Source of the DNA: Desulfobacterales bacterium
GTDB taxonomy: Bacteria > Desulfobacterota > Desulfobacteria > Desulfobacterales > UBA5616
Reading direction: 5' to 3'
Length of the DNA: 64,000 bases
Assembly: GCA_046483495.1 (NCBI GenBank)
Contig: JAWODC010000026.1
Coordinates: forward strand, 1 to 64,000
Positions 48,573-58,206 of this stretch are shown here, one piece after another. The notes under the pieces were generated by a model. That model searched no databases. It saw only the letters and a program-made list of their open reading frames with translations, and was not told the DNA's origin. The translations under genes and the position numbers were made by a program. Each line of letters opens with the position of its first letter. Positions within the stretch are counted from its first letter, which is position 1.

Positions 48573-48731
48573 TTACGCCTTTACCATTTCCTGATTACAG
48601 CACTGAAGCGGTACCGTGCAGCCCGGTCCGGATGCCGTACTGCAGGAGCACGCCTTTTCCACTTTCAGTTCGAGTCCGCAGTTTTTGCAGACATATCGGT
48701 CCCCTTGCTTCATATCCCTACATTCCGCCAT
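48573..48731 (-). CDS. 52-aa desulforedoxin-like Cys-rich protein (not in ORF track)
   Basis: AGGAGG RBS; MAECRDMKQGDRYVCKNCGLELKVEKACSCSTASGPGCTVPLQCCNQEMVKA*; CxxC…CC…M pattern. Confidence 0.82.
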   Translation of the reverse strand: MAECRDMKQGDRYVCKNCGLELKVEKACSCSTASGPGCTVPLQCCNQEMVKA

Positions 48732-49136
48732 TTCACATCCTCCTGATAAGTAATAGTCCTGGAAAAAGGTTATTTTCTCACATCAGCGGCAATTGCCCTG
48801 CAAAGCAATCAGCGGCGATCACAGCCGGTAACATTTTACGGTCCAATAGCCTTGTTGAATATTTCCAGACAAGGGGGTGGATTGAAATACGGAAAAGCAT
48901 GTATTTGCAAATCATACGGACCTGACCGCCGGACAGGCGAGGGTTCGGAATCGGGTTTTTCAGGAATACCGAAAAACAAAAGATAACGTTGAAACGGCGA
49001 TCGATGTGGTTTATTATCATTTGTCTTATCTGTGTTGGGGCTGCAATCCACGTTCCGGCATGCCATACGGATCACATGTTGCATAAAGAAGCCCATATGC
49101 CATCGTACCAACATACAATCATCAGGGAGGTTTGAC

Positions 49137-49997
49137 ATGAGCTACACGTGTTTTGATGTCGGCATCGAAAACCGCATCGCCCATCTGGTAATGAATCGTC
49201 CCGAGAAAAGAAACAGCATGATCCCCGAGTTCTGGGATGAACTGCCCCAAATCATTCAGGACATCGACCGCCACAGTCGGGCCAGGGTGATCGTTATTTC
49301 GTCAACCGGGCCCCATTTTTCGGCGGGTCTCGATCTCAATGCCTTTGTCACCGGCCCCAAAACGGCCGGGGAAGGGCCTGATGCCGAAATAAAGGCCAAA
49401 CGGCTTTACGGCATTAATTTTTACCAGAACATCCTGCGCATGCAGCGGGCCTTCAACAGCCTGGAAGAGTGCCGAATTCCGGTACTGGCCGCAGTCCAGG
49501 GAGGGGTTATCGGTGGTGCGGTCGATTTTGTGGTGGCTTGTGACATTCGATATGCAACCAGAGACGCCTATTTCACCATAATGGAAACGAATGTGGGGAT
49601 GACGGCGGATGCCGGCACGTTTCCCCGGCTGGTGAAGCTGATACCTGAAGGCATTGTGAGGGAGCTGGCGTATACGGGACGCCCGATGCCGGCCGAAGAA
49701 GCCAAGTCCGTGGGGCTCGTAAACCGGTTCTTCGACGACCGGGAAACCATGATCGAAGAAGTGATGAACATCGCCGCAGAGATCGCCTCCAAAGCACCCC
49801 TTGCCGTGTACGGCTGCAAACGGATGATCAATTACTCGAGAGACCACACCACCGCCGACGGGCTCGATTACATCGGCATTTGGAATGCCAGTATGCTGCA
49901 GCCGGATGAAATGCTGGAAGCGGTCATGGCTAAAAGGGAAAAACGGCCGGGCAATTTCGTGGATCTTCCGGAAGTAAAGCAGTCCTTTAAGGATTGA
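49137..49997 (+). CDS. Enoyl-CoA hydratase/isomerase (dienoyl-CoA isomerase-like)
   Basis: 'HFSAGLDL', 'GGVIGGAVD…CDIR', 'E…GMTADAGT'; GGGAGG RBS. Confidence 0.9.
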   Translation: MSYTCFDVGIENRIAHLVMNRPEKRNSMIPEFWDELPQIIQDIDRHSRARVIVISSTGPHFSAGLDLNAFVTGPKTAGEGPDAEIKAKRLYGINFYQNILRMQRAFNSLEECRIPVLAAVQGGVIGGAVDFVVACDIRYATRDAYFTIMETNVGMTADAGTFPRLVKLIPEGIVRELAYTGRPMPAEEAKSVGLVNRFFDDRETMIEEVMNIAAEIASKAPLAVYGCKRMINYSRDHTTADGLDYIGIWNASMLQPDEMLEAVMAKREKRPGNFVDLPEVKQSFKD

Positions 49998-50145
49998 CGC
50001 CGGCAGGCTTTCACCCTACGGTTCGAGCGGGGGCGCAATTAAGCCCACCTCCACGGCTTCAGAGTGCCTCCGCCCGGGTCTTAAAACGGCAATGCCGACC
50101 ACAGGTTCGTCTCGGCCTTCCATGCACTGAAATTGATAAGAGCAC

Positions 50146-51180
50146 CTATCCGTTTATGCCCGTTCCGGTCAAGTGTTCGATGGGTCTTACGAGATTTAGA
50201 GAAAGCGCACCGGTGGGGCAGGTTACGGCACATACGCCGCAACCGAAGCACTTATCGGTATCCACCCGGGCCACACCGTCCATCATTGATATGGCGCCGA
50301 ACTGGCAACGTCCCACACAGGTCTCACACCCCTGGCACGTTTGGGGATCCACAACCGCATCGAAGCGGCTTCTATTCCACAGATCGTACCCGTACTTCAC
50401 CTGACCCCTCAAAATGATGCATTCGGGTACCGAGCACATGCAGATCTGCTTGGGCTGCCCTCCCGATCCTCCGGCGGTGGGAATCAGCCCGGCTTCTTCA
50501 CATTCTTTAAGAAGCGTGAATCCTTCTTCCAAGGTCAACACTTTGCCGATTTTTCGATCCTCGATGTATTTTACCGACCCGTTGGTGAGGGAAAGGCAGG
50601 TAAACGTCGGCTTGTCACAGGTGCCTTCCTGGACCTGGAGCCACCGGCAGGGGCAGTCTACCACGGCGATGGCCGGCGCATTCGTTAGAATCGTTCTTAA
50701 ATTTTCCGAATCCGTCAACTCCGGGTGGTCCATCACCGTGCTCCATGAGGGAATGCACCGGCCTCGATGGGCATAGGGCAGCTGTTCCATCATTTTCAGC
50801 ACTTCGAACCATTCCGTCTCCCGGAAGTTCCGCCACATTTCGATAATTTCCATCGGAACGGGCGAATAGCGCTCGTTCAAGGCTCCGTGAATGGTGGCGT
50901 CATGAACCTGGATGATCGAGCCGACACAAAAAAATTTTTCCACTCCCTGTTTTGTCAAGGGCAGGCAGACGCCTTTATTGGCAAGATCTTCCAGCTTCTG
51001 CTCCGCGGCCTGTTTGCTGATGCCGTACTTTTCTGCAAATTCATCGACAGACATCGGCAGTTCAAGGACCATCCGGGCCTCTTCAGGCGTAATAATCTTT
51101 TCCAGGATCATCGGTATCCAACGGCTGTTCGGCATCTGCACCTTTGCGGCAATTTGACGATACACATCTTTTTCACTCAT
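50146..51180 (-). CDS. Multi-domain 4Fe-4S protein, paralogue with degenerate Cys core
   Basis: CPCR…C…C, CMCSVPEC, CQGCETCVGRC, CFGCGVCAVTCP; GGGGAG RBS before ATG 51180. Confidence 0.83.
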   Translation of the reverse strand: MSEKDVYRQIAAKVQMPNSRWIPMILEKIITPEEARMVLELPMSVDEFAEKYGISKQAAEQKLEDLANKGVCLPLTKQGVEKFFCVGSIIQVHDATIHGALNERYSPVPMEIIEMWRNFRETEWFEVLKMMEQLPYAHRGRCIPSWSTVMDHPELTDSENLRTILTNAPAIAVVDCPCRWLQVQEGTCDKPTFTCLSLTNGSVKYIEDRKIGKVLTLEEGFTLLKECEEAGLIPTAGGSGGQPKQICMCSVPECIILRGQVKYGYDLWNRSRFDAVVDPQTCQGCETCVGRCQFGAISMMDGVARVDTDKCFGCGVCAVTCPTGALSLNLVRPIEHLTGTGING

Positions 51181-51227
51181 TACGTTCTCCCCTTTTTCGA
51201 AAACAGTTGCGGCTTGCGACGGAAATT

Positions 51228-52334
51228 TTAATTGAACCCGTAATCGACGATGTCCTTTTCGTCGAATTTGTCCCCCCTTCTCGATCTGCCCCCACGCGCC
51301 ATTTGCTCGTGAAGATTTTCCTCGGGCACGCTCAGCGTATCCTCGGGCTTTCGGATGAGGAACAGGGCTTCTTCGGTACAGGCTGGAATGCAGAGGCCGC
51401 ATCCAATACACCTGTTGTAGTCGATCTCTGCCACGTTTTCGGCATTGATTGAAATGGCTTGAACCTGGCATTTGGGGACGCAGGCTTCACAGCCGGTGCA
51501 TTGATCCGGATCGATTCGGGCGATATGGTTGGAAACCACCAGCTTGGCTGGAAACGGCGTTCTCCGGGCGGCTCCCAGGAACCCGCAACAGCACTTGCAG
51601 CAGTTGCAGATCATGAACGGGCGGGTTACCGATTGGGTCTGGGTCACCAGGCCTGCGGCATGGGCGTCTTCGATGATCTTCATGGCATCATCTAAGGTGA
51701 TCCGGTGCCCCATGTTGTTTTCGATGTAATATTCCGCCATGGGACCCACCATGATGCATGCATCCAGGGGAGCGTCGCAGGCCCGGTCAAACAGCTTTCT
51801 CTGCATTCGGCACGAACATTCCGTTACGGCGATCAATGGCTCTTTTTTCAAGATTTCATAGGCATCGTCATACGTGGCGATTTCATGCCTGAATTCCACC
51901 GATTCCTTGACGGGCAGAACTCTCATGCCGGAGCCGCTGCCTCCGGCCATATTTTCTTTCAGTTTTTCCCGAATATATTTCCCGGTGAGATCCACCAGTT
52001 CCTTGGACATCCAGGGAGCCTGGAATTCTAAAAGCCCGTGTATGAAAGGAATGGCGCTGTACTTCACCTCGTCGTCTTCACGCACACGGTACAGCAGCCC
52101 TTTGCGTGCCAATTTTTCCAGCTTGCGGGCGACATCCGCTTCCGATTCTCCGATGCGCCGGGCAACGGATCGGGGTGTTTCCAGTTCTCCGTGCATCGTG
52201 TTAAAAATGGCTGCATCTTCTTCACTGAAGAGCAGCTTGAGAATGTCGATTTCCACACCGGATTCCGTTTCAGGAAAACCGAATGAATACTGGTCCAATT
52301 GTTGCTGCACTTTACGGTATATATCTTCAGACAT
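51228..52334 (-). CDS. Multi-domain 4Fe-4S protein
   Basis: CSCR…C…C, CNCCKCCC, CTGCEACVPKC, CIGCGLCIPAC; AGGAGG RBS. Confidence 0.85.
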   Translation of the reverse strand: MSEDIYRKVQQQLDQYSFGFPETESGVEIDILKLLFSEEDAAIFNTMHGELETPRSVARRIGESEADVARKLEKLARKGLLYRVREDDEVKYSAIPFIHGLLEFQAPWMSKELVDLTGKYIREKLKENMAGGSGSGMRVLPVKESVEFRHEIATYDDAYEILKKEPLIAVTECSCRMQRKLFDRACDAPLDACIMVGPMAEYYIENNMGHRITLDDAMKIIEDAHAAGLVTQTQSVTRPFMICNCCKCCCGFLGAARRTPFPAKLVVSNHIARIDPDQCTGCEACVPKCQVQAISINAENVAEIDYNRCIGCGLCIPACTEEALFLIRKPEDTLSVPEENLHEQMARGGRSRRGDKFDEKDIVDYGFN

Positions 52335-52618
52335 GTGTTCCTCCTGAATGCTGTATCAAAACAGGCGCCCTGATGGAAGGGCCGGGCTTAAGGTTAATCA
52401 AAAGAGGCTCACGGTATGTTTTGGTGTATACGGGCGTTACGCGTTGCGTATGCATTGTGACCGAATCCGCCGGTTTCACGCTGCTTGTTCAAAATATGCA
52501 TGATTGGGAAATAAAAGCAACGGAAAATTTCGTGTAATTCGAATCGGGTTTTGAGCCCCCGGGAGAGCCGGCCGATAGTGTAACAGCGTCGGGTAAGATG
52601 AATCACCGGCTTCGCGTT

Positions 52619-53743
52619 TCAGATTTCATCGGGCATTTCAGGTGAAACGGCATCCCGGTGTTCGACCACCACTCCGTTCGCTTCGAGATAGGCCCTCAAC
52701 ACCTGATGCCTGGCGGCTTTTCCCACCTGTGTCAGCTTTCGACATGCTTCGTAGAATTGAGCCATATCCCCTTTTTTTTCGGCAAGGATTTTTCGGAAGG
52801 CCGGCACGAAATCATTGTAAATCGCCACCGTGCATATTTTTACATTGTTCAGGGGAGGAGACATCCAGACATCGTATGCCGCCCATTCTGCATCCATTGC
52901 TTTGCGCCGATGAAATTCTTTCCGCAGATCTGAGAAGATCGATGCTTTTCTTTTTCGCTTTTCAGATTCAGGGGTCGGAGAATGATAGAGTGATTCGAGT
53001 CTTTCCCGGTATTGCGAGATGAATTCGATAAACTCCCGGCGCAGGCTGCATTTTACGATATATGCTTCATAGAAATCCGGGTTTTCCAAAGCCGATTGCC
53101 ATCTGCGCAGACCTTCCTGCTCGACGAAACTTGCAAATCCTTCATTGAAAGCCGTATCCCCTTTTACATACAGTTTGCGATGGGCGAGCTCATGAAATAT
53201 CAATGCCGCCACCGATGCGGCGGAATATCGAAGAAACGTGCTCAGTACCGGATCATCGAACCATCCCAGGGTGGAATAGGCGTATACGCCGCTTACACAC
53301 ACGTCCAAGCCCCGGCTCTTCAATCCGGCGGCATACCGTTCAGCTTCTTCTTTGGAAAAATAACCCCGGTAGGCGGCACAACCCACCACCGGATAACACC
53401 AGGTGTGGGGGGTAAGCGAGAACTCGGGTGTTGCCGAAACCGTCCAGGCGACATGGGGTTTATCAAGGTCTACGAAATGGCGGTAATTATTATCCACCGG
53501 CAAATGAAGTTCGGATCGGGCGAATTCCCGCACGCGAAGGATAAACGCCAGTCTCTTCTGAAGGGACTCGGGGGACTCCGAATCACGGGTGATTTCGGCA
53601 ATCGGCCGCCGTTTGGCCATCATATGATACTGGCCCTGAATGGCCTGGCGATAATACCCCAGTTCCCCGCAACCGGAAAGCACAAGGCCGCAGAACAGGA
53701 GCCCCGGGATCGAGAGGTGTTTTTTTATGGGAAAAATGGTCAT
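52619..53743 (-). CDS. Predicted zinc aminopeptidase lipoprotein (DUF2265-like)
   Basis: Lipobox LSGC; 'AYSTLGWFDDP', 'FHELAH…FNE'. Confidence 0.85.
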   Translation of the reverse strand: MTIFPIKKHLSIPGLLFCGLVLSGCGELGYYRQAIQGQYHMMAKRRPIAEITRDSESPESLQKRLAFILRVREFARSELHLPVDNNYRHFVDLDKPHVAWTVSATPEFSLTPHTWCYPVVGCAAYRGYFSKEEAERYAAGLKSRGLDVCVSGVYAYSTLGWFDDPVLSTFLRYSAASVAALIFHELAHRKLYVKGDTAFNEGFASFVEQEGLRRWQSALENPDFYEAYIVKCSLRREFIEFISQYRERLESLYHSPTPESEKRKRKASIFSDLRKEFHRRKAMDAEWAAYDVWMSPPLNNVKICTVAIYNDFVPAFRKILAEKKGDMAQFYEACRKLTQVGKAARHQVLRAYLEANGVVVEHRDAVSPEMPDEI

Positions 53744-53913
53744 TCAGCCTACCCTGATGTCTTGACAAAACGATTTTGGCATTTGATCGAGGAAAAACCG
53801 CATGAGAGCCGGAGACATACGAACCTATGCTGAGAACTTGCATGCGTTTCTACCGAAGATAGTATGACAAAAAAGGATATCAGAATAGCTTGTAGGAAAT
53901 TCGCGAAGACATG

Positions 53914-54804
53914 TCAAGGGTGGCCTTTGCCGGAATTGGTTTTCACCCCCAAACGCGCCATCAGTCGACAGGCATCATGAGGGGCATGCCCATGGTAATC
54001 GTTGTCGAAATAAACGTAGGCATCCCGGGTTTTTCGCTGAGGCGGTTTTCGGTCGGTTATTCGTTCGGGATGATCCGGCTCGCTGCCGGATGTCCAACGG
54101 CGTATACTGTCGGCCCAGCGGTCGAGGTCCTTATCCGAATATCGGCTGGCGTACGTATGTGGGGAACCGTGAAGACGCAGGTAGACAAATCCGCCCGTAA
54201 TCTCCTCTATGTAAGGCCATTTGCCGCTGTCGGAAAACACGAGCGCCACACCGTGCCGTCGGATCAGCCGTACGAATTCCGGAACAAATAGTTTTTCATC
54301 CCGAATTTCAAAGGCATGCCGAATACGACGGTTTCGATCTACCCGCGTGGAAGCCCTTCCACTCAGGCGGTGGTCGTGATGCTTGGCCAGTTCTGCGGCC
54401 TCCTTCGTATTTTTGGGCAGCAGCTCCAGAAATGCTTCATAACGTCCCTTTTCCGGACCCCTGGCGGAAAACTGCCACAGAATGGGACCGAGCTTTTCAC
54501 GCAACTCCAGGAAACCGGATGCAAAAAAATTGGCCAACGGGGTTTTGATGTCCTTGAGCTTCTTGGTATGGGTGATGAACCGGCTTCCCTTGACGGCAAA
54601 AAGAAAGCCGGGGGGTGTTTGCTCGTAATACCGTCGCCATGTGTCGGGCTTTATCAATGTATAAAAAGAGCCGTTCACCTCGATCGAATTGAAGATCCGG
54701 CCGGCGTATTCCAATTCTTTGCGTTTGGGAAGGTCTTCCGGATAGAAATCGCCATGCCAGTTGCCGTATGTCCATCCTGAAATTCCGATGCGAATGTCAG
54801 TCAT
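53914..54804 (-). CDS. DUF72 family protein
   Basis: 'GISGW', 'EVNGSFY', 'KGSRFITH', 'YLRLHG', 'YFDND'. Confidence 0.9.
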   Translation of the reverse strand: MTDIRIGISGWTYGNWHGDFYPEDLPKRKELEYAGRIFNSIEVNGSFYTLIKPDTWRRYYEQTPPGFLFAVKGSRFITHTKKLKDIKTPLANFFASGFLELREKLGPILWQFSARGPEKGRYEAFLELLPKNTKEAAELAKHHDHRLSGRASTRVDRNRRIRHAFEIRDEKLFVPEFVRLIRRHGVALVFSDSGKWPYIEEITGGFVYLRLHGSPHTYASRYSDKDLDRWADSIRRWTSGSEPDHPERITDRKPPQRKTRDAYVYFDNDYHGHAPHDACRLMARLGVKTNSGKGHP

Positions 54805-55092
54805 GTGACCTCCACTTGACCCGGACCGGTTTCAGCTTTTTATCCGTTTGCCTGATTTCTACATTTTAACCGATAATGGTTGACCGGGCTTTTTGAAATG
54901 GGGTGATGCCTTTAAACCTCGAACGTATGTCCTCTATCTTCCAACCTGCAACCGTGGCTGAATGGATTTTATCGATCCAACGAATACAGTGCCTGCGGCG
55001 AACATGTTCGTGTTGAACCCTATTTATTTATCTGCCTTATCCAAATAGGATATCGAACAGTTCATCGCATAAACGATTACGGAGGCAACGAA

Positions 55093-55278
55093 ATGGAATA
55101 CATTGTCGGGTTTATCATTCTGATAGCAGACATTTGGGCGATCGTTAACATAATTCAGGCGCCGGGGACATCGACAGGGGCTAAGGTGTTGTGGGTGCTG
55201 CTGGTCCTGATTTTACCCGTTATCGGGCTGATTATTTGGCTGATAGCCGGTCCTCGAGGCGGAAGGCGCAGTGTCTGA
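55093..55278 (+). CDS. Stand-alone PLDc_N domain membrane protein
   Basis: GGAGG RBS; 'DIWAI…KVLWVLLVLILPVIGLIIWLIAG'. Confidence 0.85.
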   Translation: MEYIVGFIILIADIWAIVNIIQAPGTSTGAKVLWVLLVLILPVIGLIIWLIAGPRGGRRSV

Positions 55279-55312
55279 GGTCGATCAACGTTTAAGCCGA
55301 CCGCACCCATAC

Positions 55313-55464
55313 TAGAAGTGGTTTCAAAACCTCCCCTCAGGTCCAAGATCAAGGCGGGAGGAAGGAAGGATTCAAGCGCAGGAATACATAACGTATTTTG
55401 AGCATTGTATCCTTCCCCCCAACGCCGATATTGGACCTGAGGGGAGGTTTTGAAACCACTTCTA
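55313..55464. mobile_element. MITE-like palindromic element (152 bp)
   Basis: Perfect 34-bp inverted ends TAGAAGTGGTTTCAAAACCTCCCCTCAGGTCCAA (55313-55346) and reverse complement (55431-55464); imperfect inner pairing; TA at both ends. Confidence 0.75.
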
Positions 55465-56931
55465 CAGCCAATAATCGAATGCCAGGGCGAATCGCTCCAG
55501 AAACAGGTTTAACAGCGGACGGATTTTCCATTCTTCGAGAACAACCGCTTCTGATTGGGCGAGGTCCTCCTGAAACATGTCTTCCATTTTTTCAGCGAAA
55601 TCACTGTCGAGAATGACGGCGTTTGCTTCGGCATCATGGAGAAAACTGCGCGAGTCCAGGTTGCTCGAACCCACGGTTGACCAGACGCCGTCGATAACGG
55701 CGGTTTTGGAATGCAGGAGAGCTCCCTGGCGCTCGTAGAGTTTAATGCCGGCTTTCAAGAGTGACGTGTACTTGGCTCTGCCGGCATACACCGGCATCCA
55801 GAAGTCGCTGACGCCCGGGACAATGATTTTTACATCCACTCCCCGTTGAACCGCGGCCGAAAGCGCCTCTATCAACTTGTGGTCCGGTATGAAGTAGGCC
55901 TGGGTGATGTAAATGTATTCTTCGGCATGAAAAATCGCCGACATGTAGGTTGCGTAGATGTTCGGAATTTTCTGTTCGGGCGTTCCGGCAATGACGCGGA
56001 CGAGCGTATCCCCCTTCTTTTCGAGGGCGGGAAAATAATGCGACAGGCTCCTTTCCATAGTACCGTGGCGCTGCCACATATCCAGAAAAAGCTTCTGAAA
56101 TTCGGCAACAGCCGGTCCTTCCACCTGGACCTGGGTATCCCGCCAGTAATAAACGGGTTTTCCTTTCTTTTTGATCACCGCTGATGGGCTCTTCTCATAG
56201 ACGCGGTAGAAATTGATTCCCCCGGTAAAGGCGATTTTCCCGTCTACAATCAAGATTTTCCGGTGGTCCCGGTTGTTGAACGTCCATTTCCCGCATAGAC
56301 CCCAGATGCTCAAGGGATTGAATTCGAATAGCTCGATGCCGCCGGCCCGCAGGCGTTCGAAGAATGCTTCAGGAGTTCTTCGGGAACCATAACCGTCGTA
56401 AATCATTTTTACCCGTACCCCCTCGAAGCATTTCTTCAACAGCAGGTCCGCAAGCGGACGCCCAACGCTGTCATCCCGAATGATAAACGTCTCCAAATGG
56501 ATATGATCCCGGGCATCTCGGATGGCTTTTTTCATTGCGGCCAGGGTTTCCGGGCCATCGCGCAGCAGTCTGACCTCGTTGCCCCGAATCAAAGGCTTTC
56601 CGGAAATCGCTTCCACCAGCTTTATGTGCCGGTCGAGAATACGCCTGTCCCCCGCATCATTTCCGAGGTCATCGATTATTGCTTGGATTTTCGGATTGAA
56701 GCATACCGCATGTTCATCATTTATGCGCGGATACGGGTGTGGTGAATGTGGAAAAGACAGGTAGTCAAGATCGGGAAGGCGAGCGCATGCGGATAGGGCG
56801 GCAACTGAAAAGCACACCAGAAGTACGGCGAGAAAATGTGCTTTTCGGTTTCCGCTCCCGTATAGATTCCGTGCAGTGATAAAACGGCCTCGCTTATTGA
56901 ATGATAGAGAAGCTTCCCAATGCGGTGACAT
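55462..56931 (-). CDS. cls: Cardiolipin synthase / phospholipase D family
   Basis: Two HKD motifs (HRKILIVDG, HSKTAVIDG), 'WRDT', 'GSSNLDSRS'; N-terminal lipobox-like LSAC; start uncertain. Confidence 0.88.
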   Translation of the reverse strand: MSPHWEASLSFNKRGRFITARNLYGSGNRKAHFLAVLLVCFSVAALSACARLPDLDYLSFPHSPHPYPRINDEHAVCFNPKIQAIIDDLGNDAGDRRILDRHIKLVEAISGKPLIRGNEVRLLRDGPETLAAMKKAIRDARDHIHLETFIIRDDSVGRPLADLLLKKCFEGVRVKMIYDGYGSRRTPEAFFERLRAGGIELFEFNPLSIWGLCGKWTFNNRDHRKILIVDGKIAFTGGINFYRVYEKSPSAVIKKKGKPVYYWRDTQVQVEGPAVAEFQKLFLDMWQRHGTMERSLSHYFPALEKKGDTLVRVIAGTPEQKIPNIYATYMSAIFHAEEYIYITQAYFIPDHKLIEALSAAVQRGVDVKIIVPGVSDFWMPVYAGRAKYTSLLKAGIKLYERQGALLHSKTAVIDGVWSTVGSSNLDSRSFLHDAEANAVILDSDFAEKMEDMFQEDLAQSEAVVLEEWKIRPLLNLFLERFALAFDYWL

Positions 56932-57028
56932 TCAAAATATAACAGACAACGAAAATGGGATCAATCCGTTTCATGCATGCATCGGCCGTTTTCGGATTGC
57001 AGCAAGGATGCGGGTGCGGGGCATCCCT

Positions 57029-58201
57029 TTACTGTCCGTGCTGCCGGGCTGCTGCATCCCGCGGGAGTTTTCCGGTTTCAAGAACCGTTTTCAACCGCAT
57101 AAATTCATCATCCAGCAGCCGTTTCGGGTAGGCCCCCAATGCGGAAAGAGCCGCATGCCCGATTCCTCCGATGACCGGGTTATAGGTCAGCCTGAGGTTG
57201 ACCGTCGTGCTTCCGTCCCGATTCGGGACCACCTGAACGATTCCTTCCGATCGAACCCTGCTGCCCCTCTCGCTTTTCCATCTCAGCTCCTTATCCGGAA
57301 CGATCGAGGTGACGGCCGATGTCCACTTTACGGGAATTCCGGCAGGGCCGGTTACCGTCCACTGATAATGACCTTCGTCCAGCTTGACGACCTCCTTGAC
57401 ATGGGTCATGAACTTGGGAAAATCCTCCGCCCTTCTCAGCGTCTGAAATACTTCTGTAACCGGAGCCTGAATGGTCATGGACTTTTGGATATCGACGCCG
57501 CGCCGTCCGGAAAGCCCTACCAATCGCCTGAGGGGCATGTTGGTTGCCGCACGGGTTACCAGTGGTATTCCGGTAACAGCGGCCGCCGTTCCGGCCAATC
57601 CCCGGCTGGTGACGCCGTAAACGGTCAAGGCCCCGCCGGCCAGGCCGGTGACAAACCGGACCGCGGGCGACCAGTTCTCCTGCAGCAGCTCGAACTGCCC
57701 GCCGGCCAACGGCAGGGCCGGTTCGCCTTGCAGCCCTGGAACGTTGCCGGGTTCTTTGTGAACTTCAAGATCGTGTTCGACCTCGCGGACGCCGCGAACC
57801 GACTTTACACTGTCGAGCAGGCTCGAGAGCTCATGCTCGAGAATCACGCCTGTCAGGCGGATGCGCCCGTCATTTGCTTCAACATGTATCGATCCCGGAT
57901 GACCCACGACACCCCCCAGCTCGGTGCGCACGCGATCCACCAGCACGCTGTCCGGCACCTCTTCCTTTGCGGTCACGCGCTTCAGCCTGGCTGAAAATCC
58001 GTGGGCCCGATGTCTCATATCGCGGGAAATTTTTCCGGCCGCTTCGCCGGTGACATGCTTTCCGTGGACGGATTTGTCCCTTACCAACGCTCTTCGCCTC
58101 CTGCCGGTCTGCGGATCAAGCAGGTACATCAGGCCGATGCCGATCCCGGCACCGGCCGCCACACTCATTGGATAACGCATATTCCTGATTGGATCGCGCA
58201 T
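57029..58201 (-). CDS. BON domain + SRPBCC (cyclase/START-like) fusion protein
   Basis: 'MYLLDPQTGRRRR', BON 'DRVRTELG…GVREVEHDL', SRPBCC 'FPKFMTHVKEV…LMRLK'-type region. Confidence 0.85.
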   Translation of the reverse strand: MRDPIRNMRYPMSVAAGAGIGIGLMYLLDPQTGRRRRALVRDKSVHGKHVTGEAAGKISRDMRHRAHGFSARLKRVTAKEEVPDSVLVDRVRTELGGVVGHPGSIHVEANDGRIRLTGVILEHELSSLLDSVKSVRGVREVEHDLEVHKEPGNVPGLQGEPALPLAGGQFELLQENWSPAVRFVTGLAGGALTVYGVTSRGLAGTAAAVTGIPLVTRAATNMPLRRLVGLSGRRGVDIQKSMTIQAPVTEVFQTLRRAEDFPKFMTHVKEVVKLDEGHYQWTVTGPAGIPVKWTSAVTSIVPDKELRWKSERGSRVRSEGIVQVVPNRDGSTTVNLRLTYNPVIGGIGHAALSALGAYPKRLLDDEFMRLKTVLETGKLPRDAAARQHGQ

Positions 58202-58206
58202 ATGAT

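Noticed and set aside
35346..52334. Selenocysteine read-through in the Fe-S or other genes
   Set aside because: Cys motifs are complete without in-frame TGA, and no convincing SECIS or extension was seen after the TGA stops examined
55313..55464. Possible CRISPR repeat
   Set aside because: Only two copies, inverted, with no spacers or cas genes
56876..57994. 372-aa plus-strand ORF
   Set aside because: Antisense shadow of the BON-SRPBCC gene; no motifs
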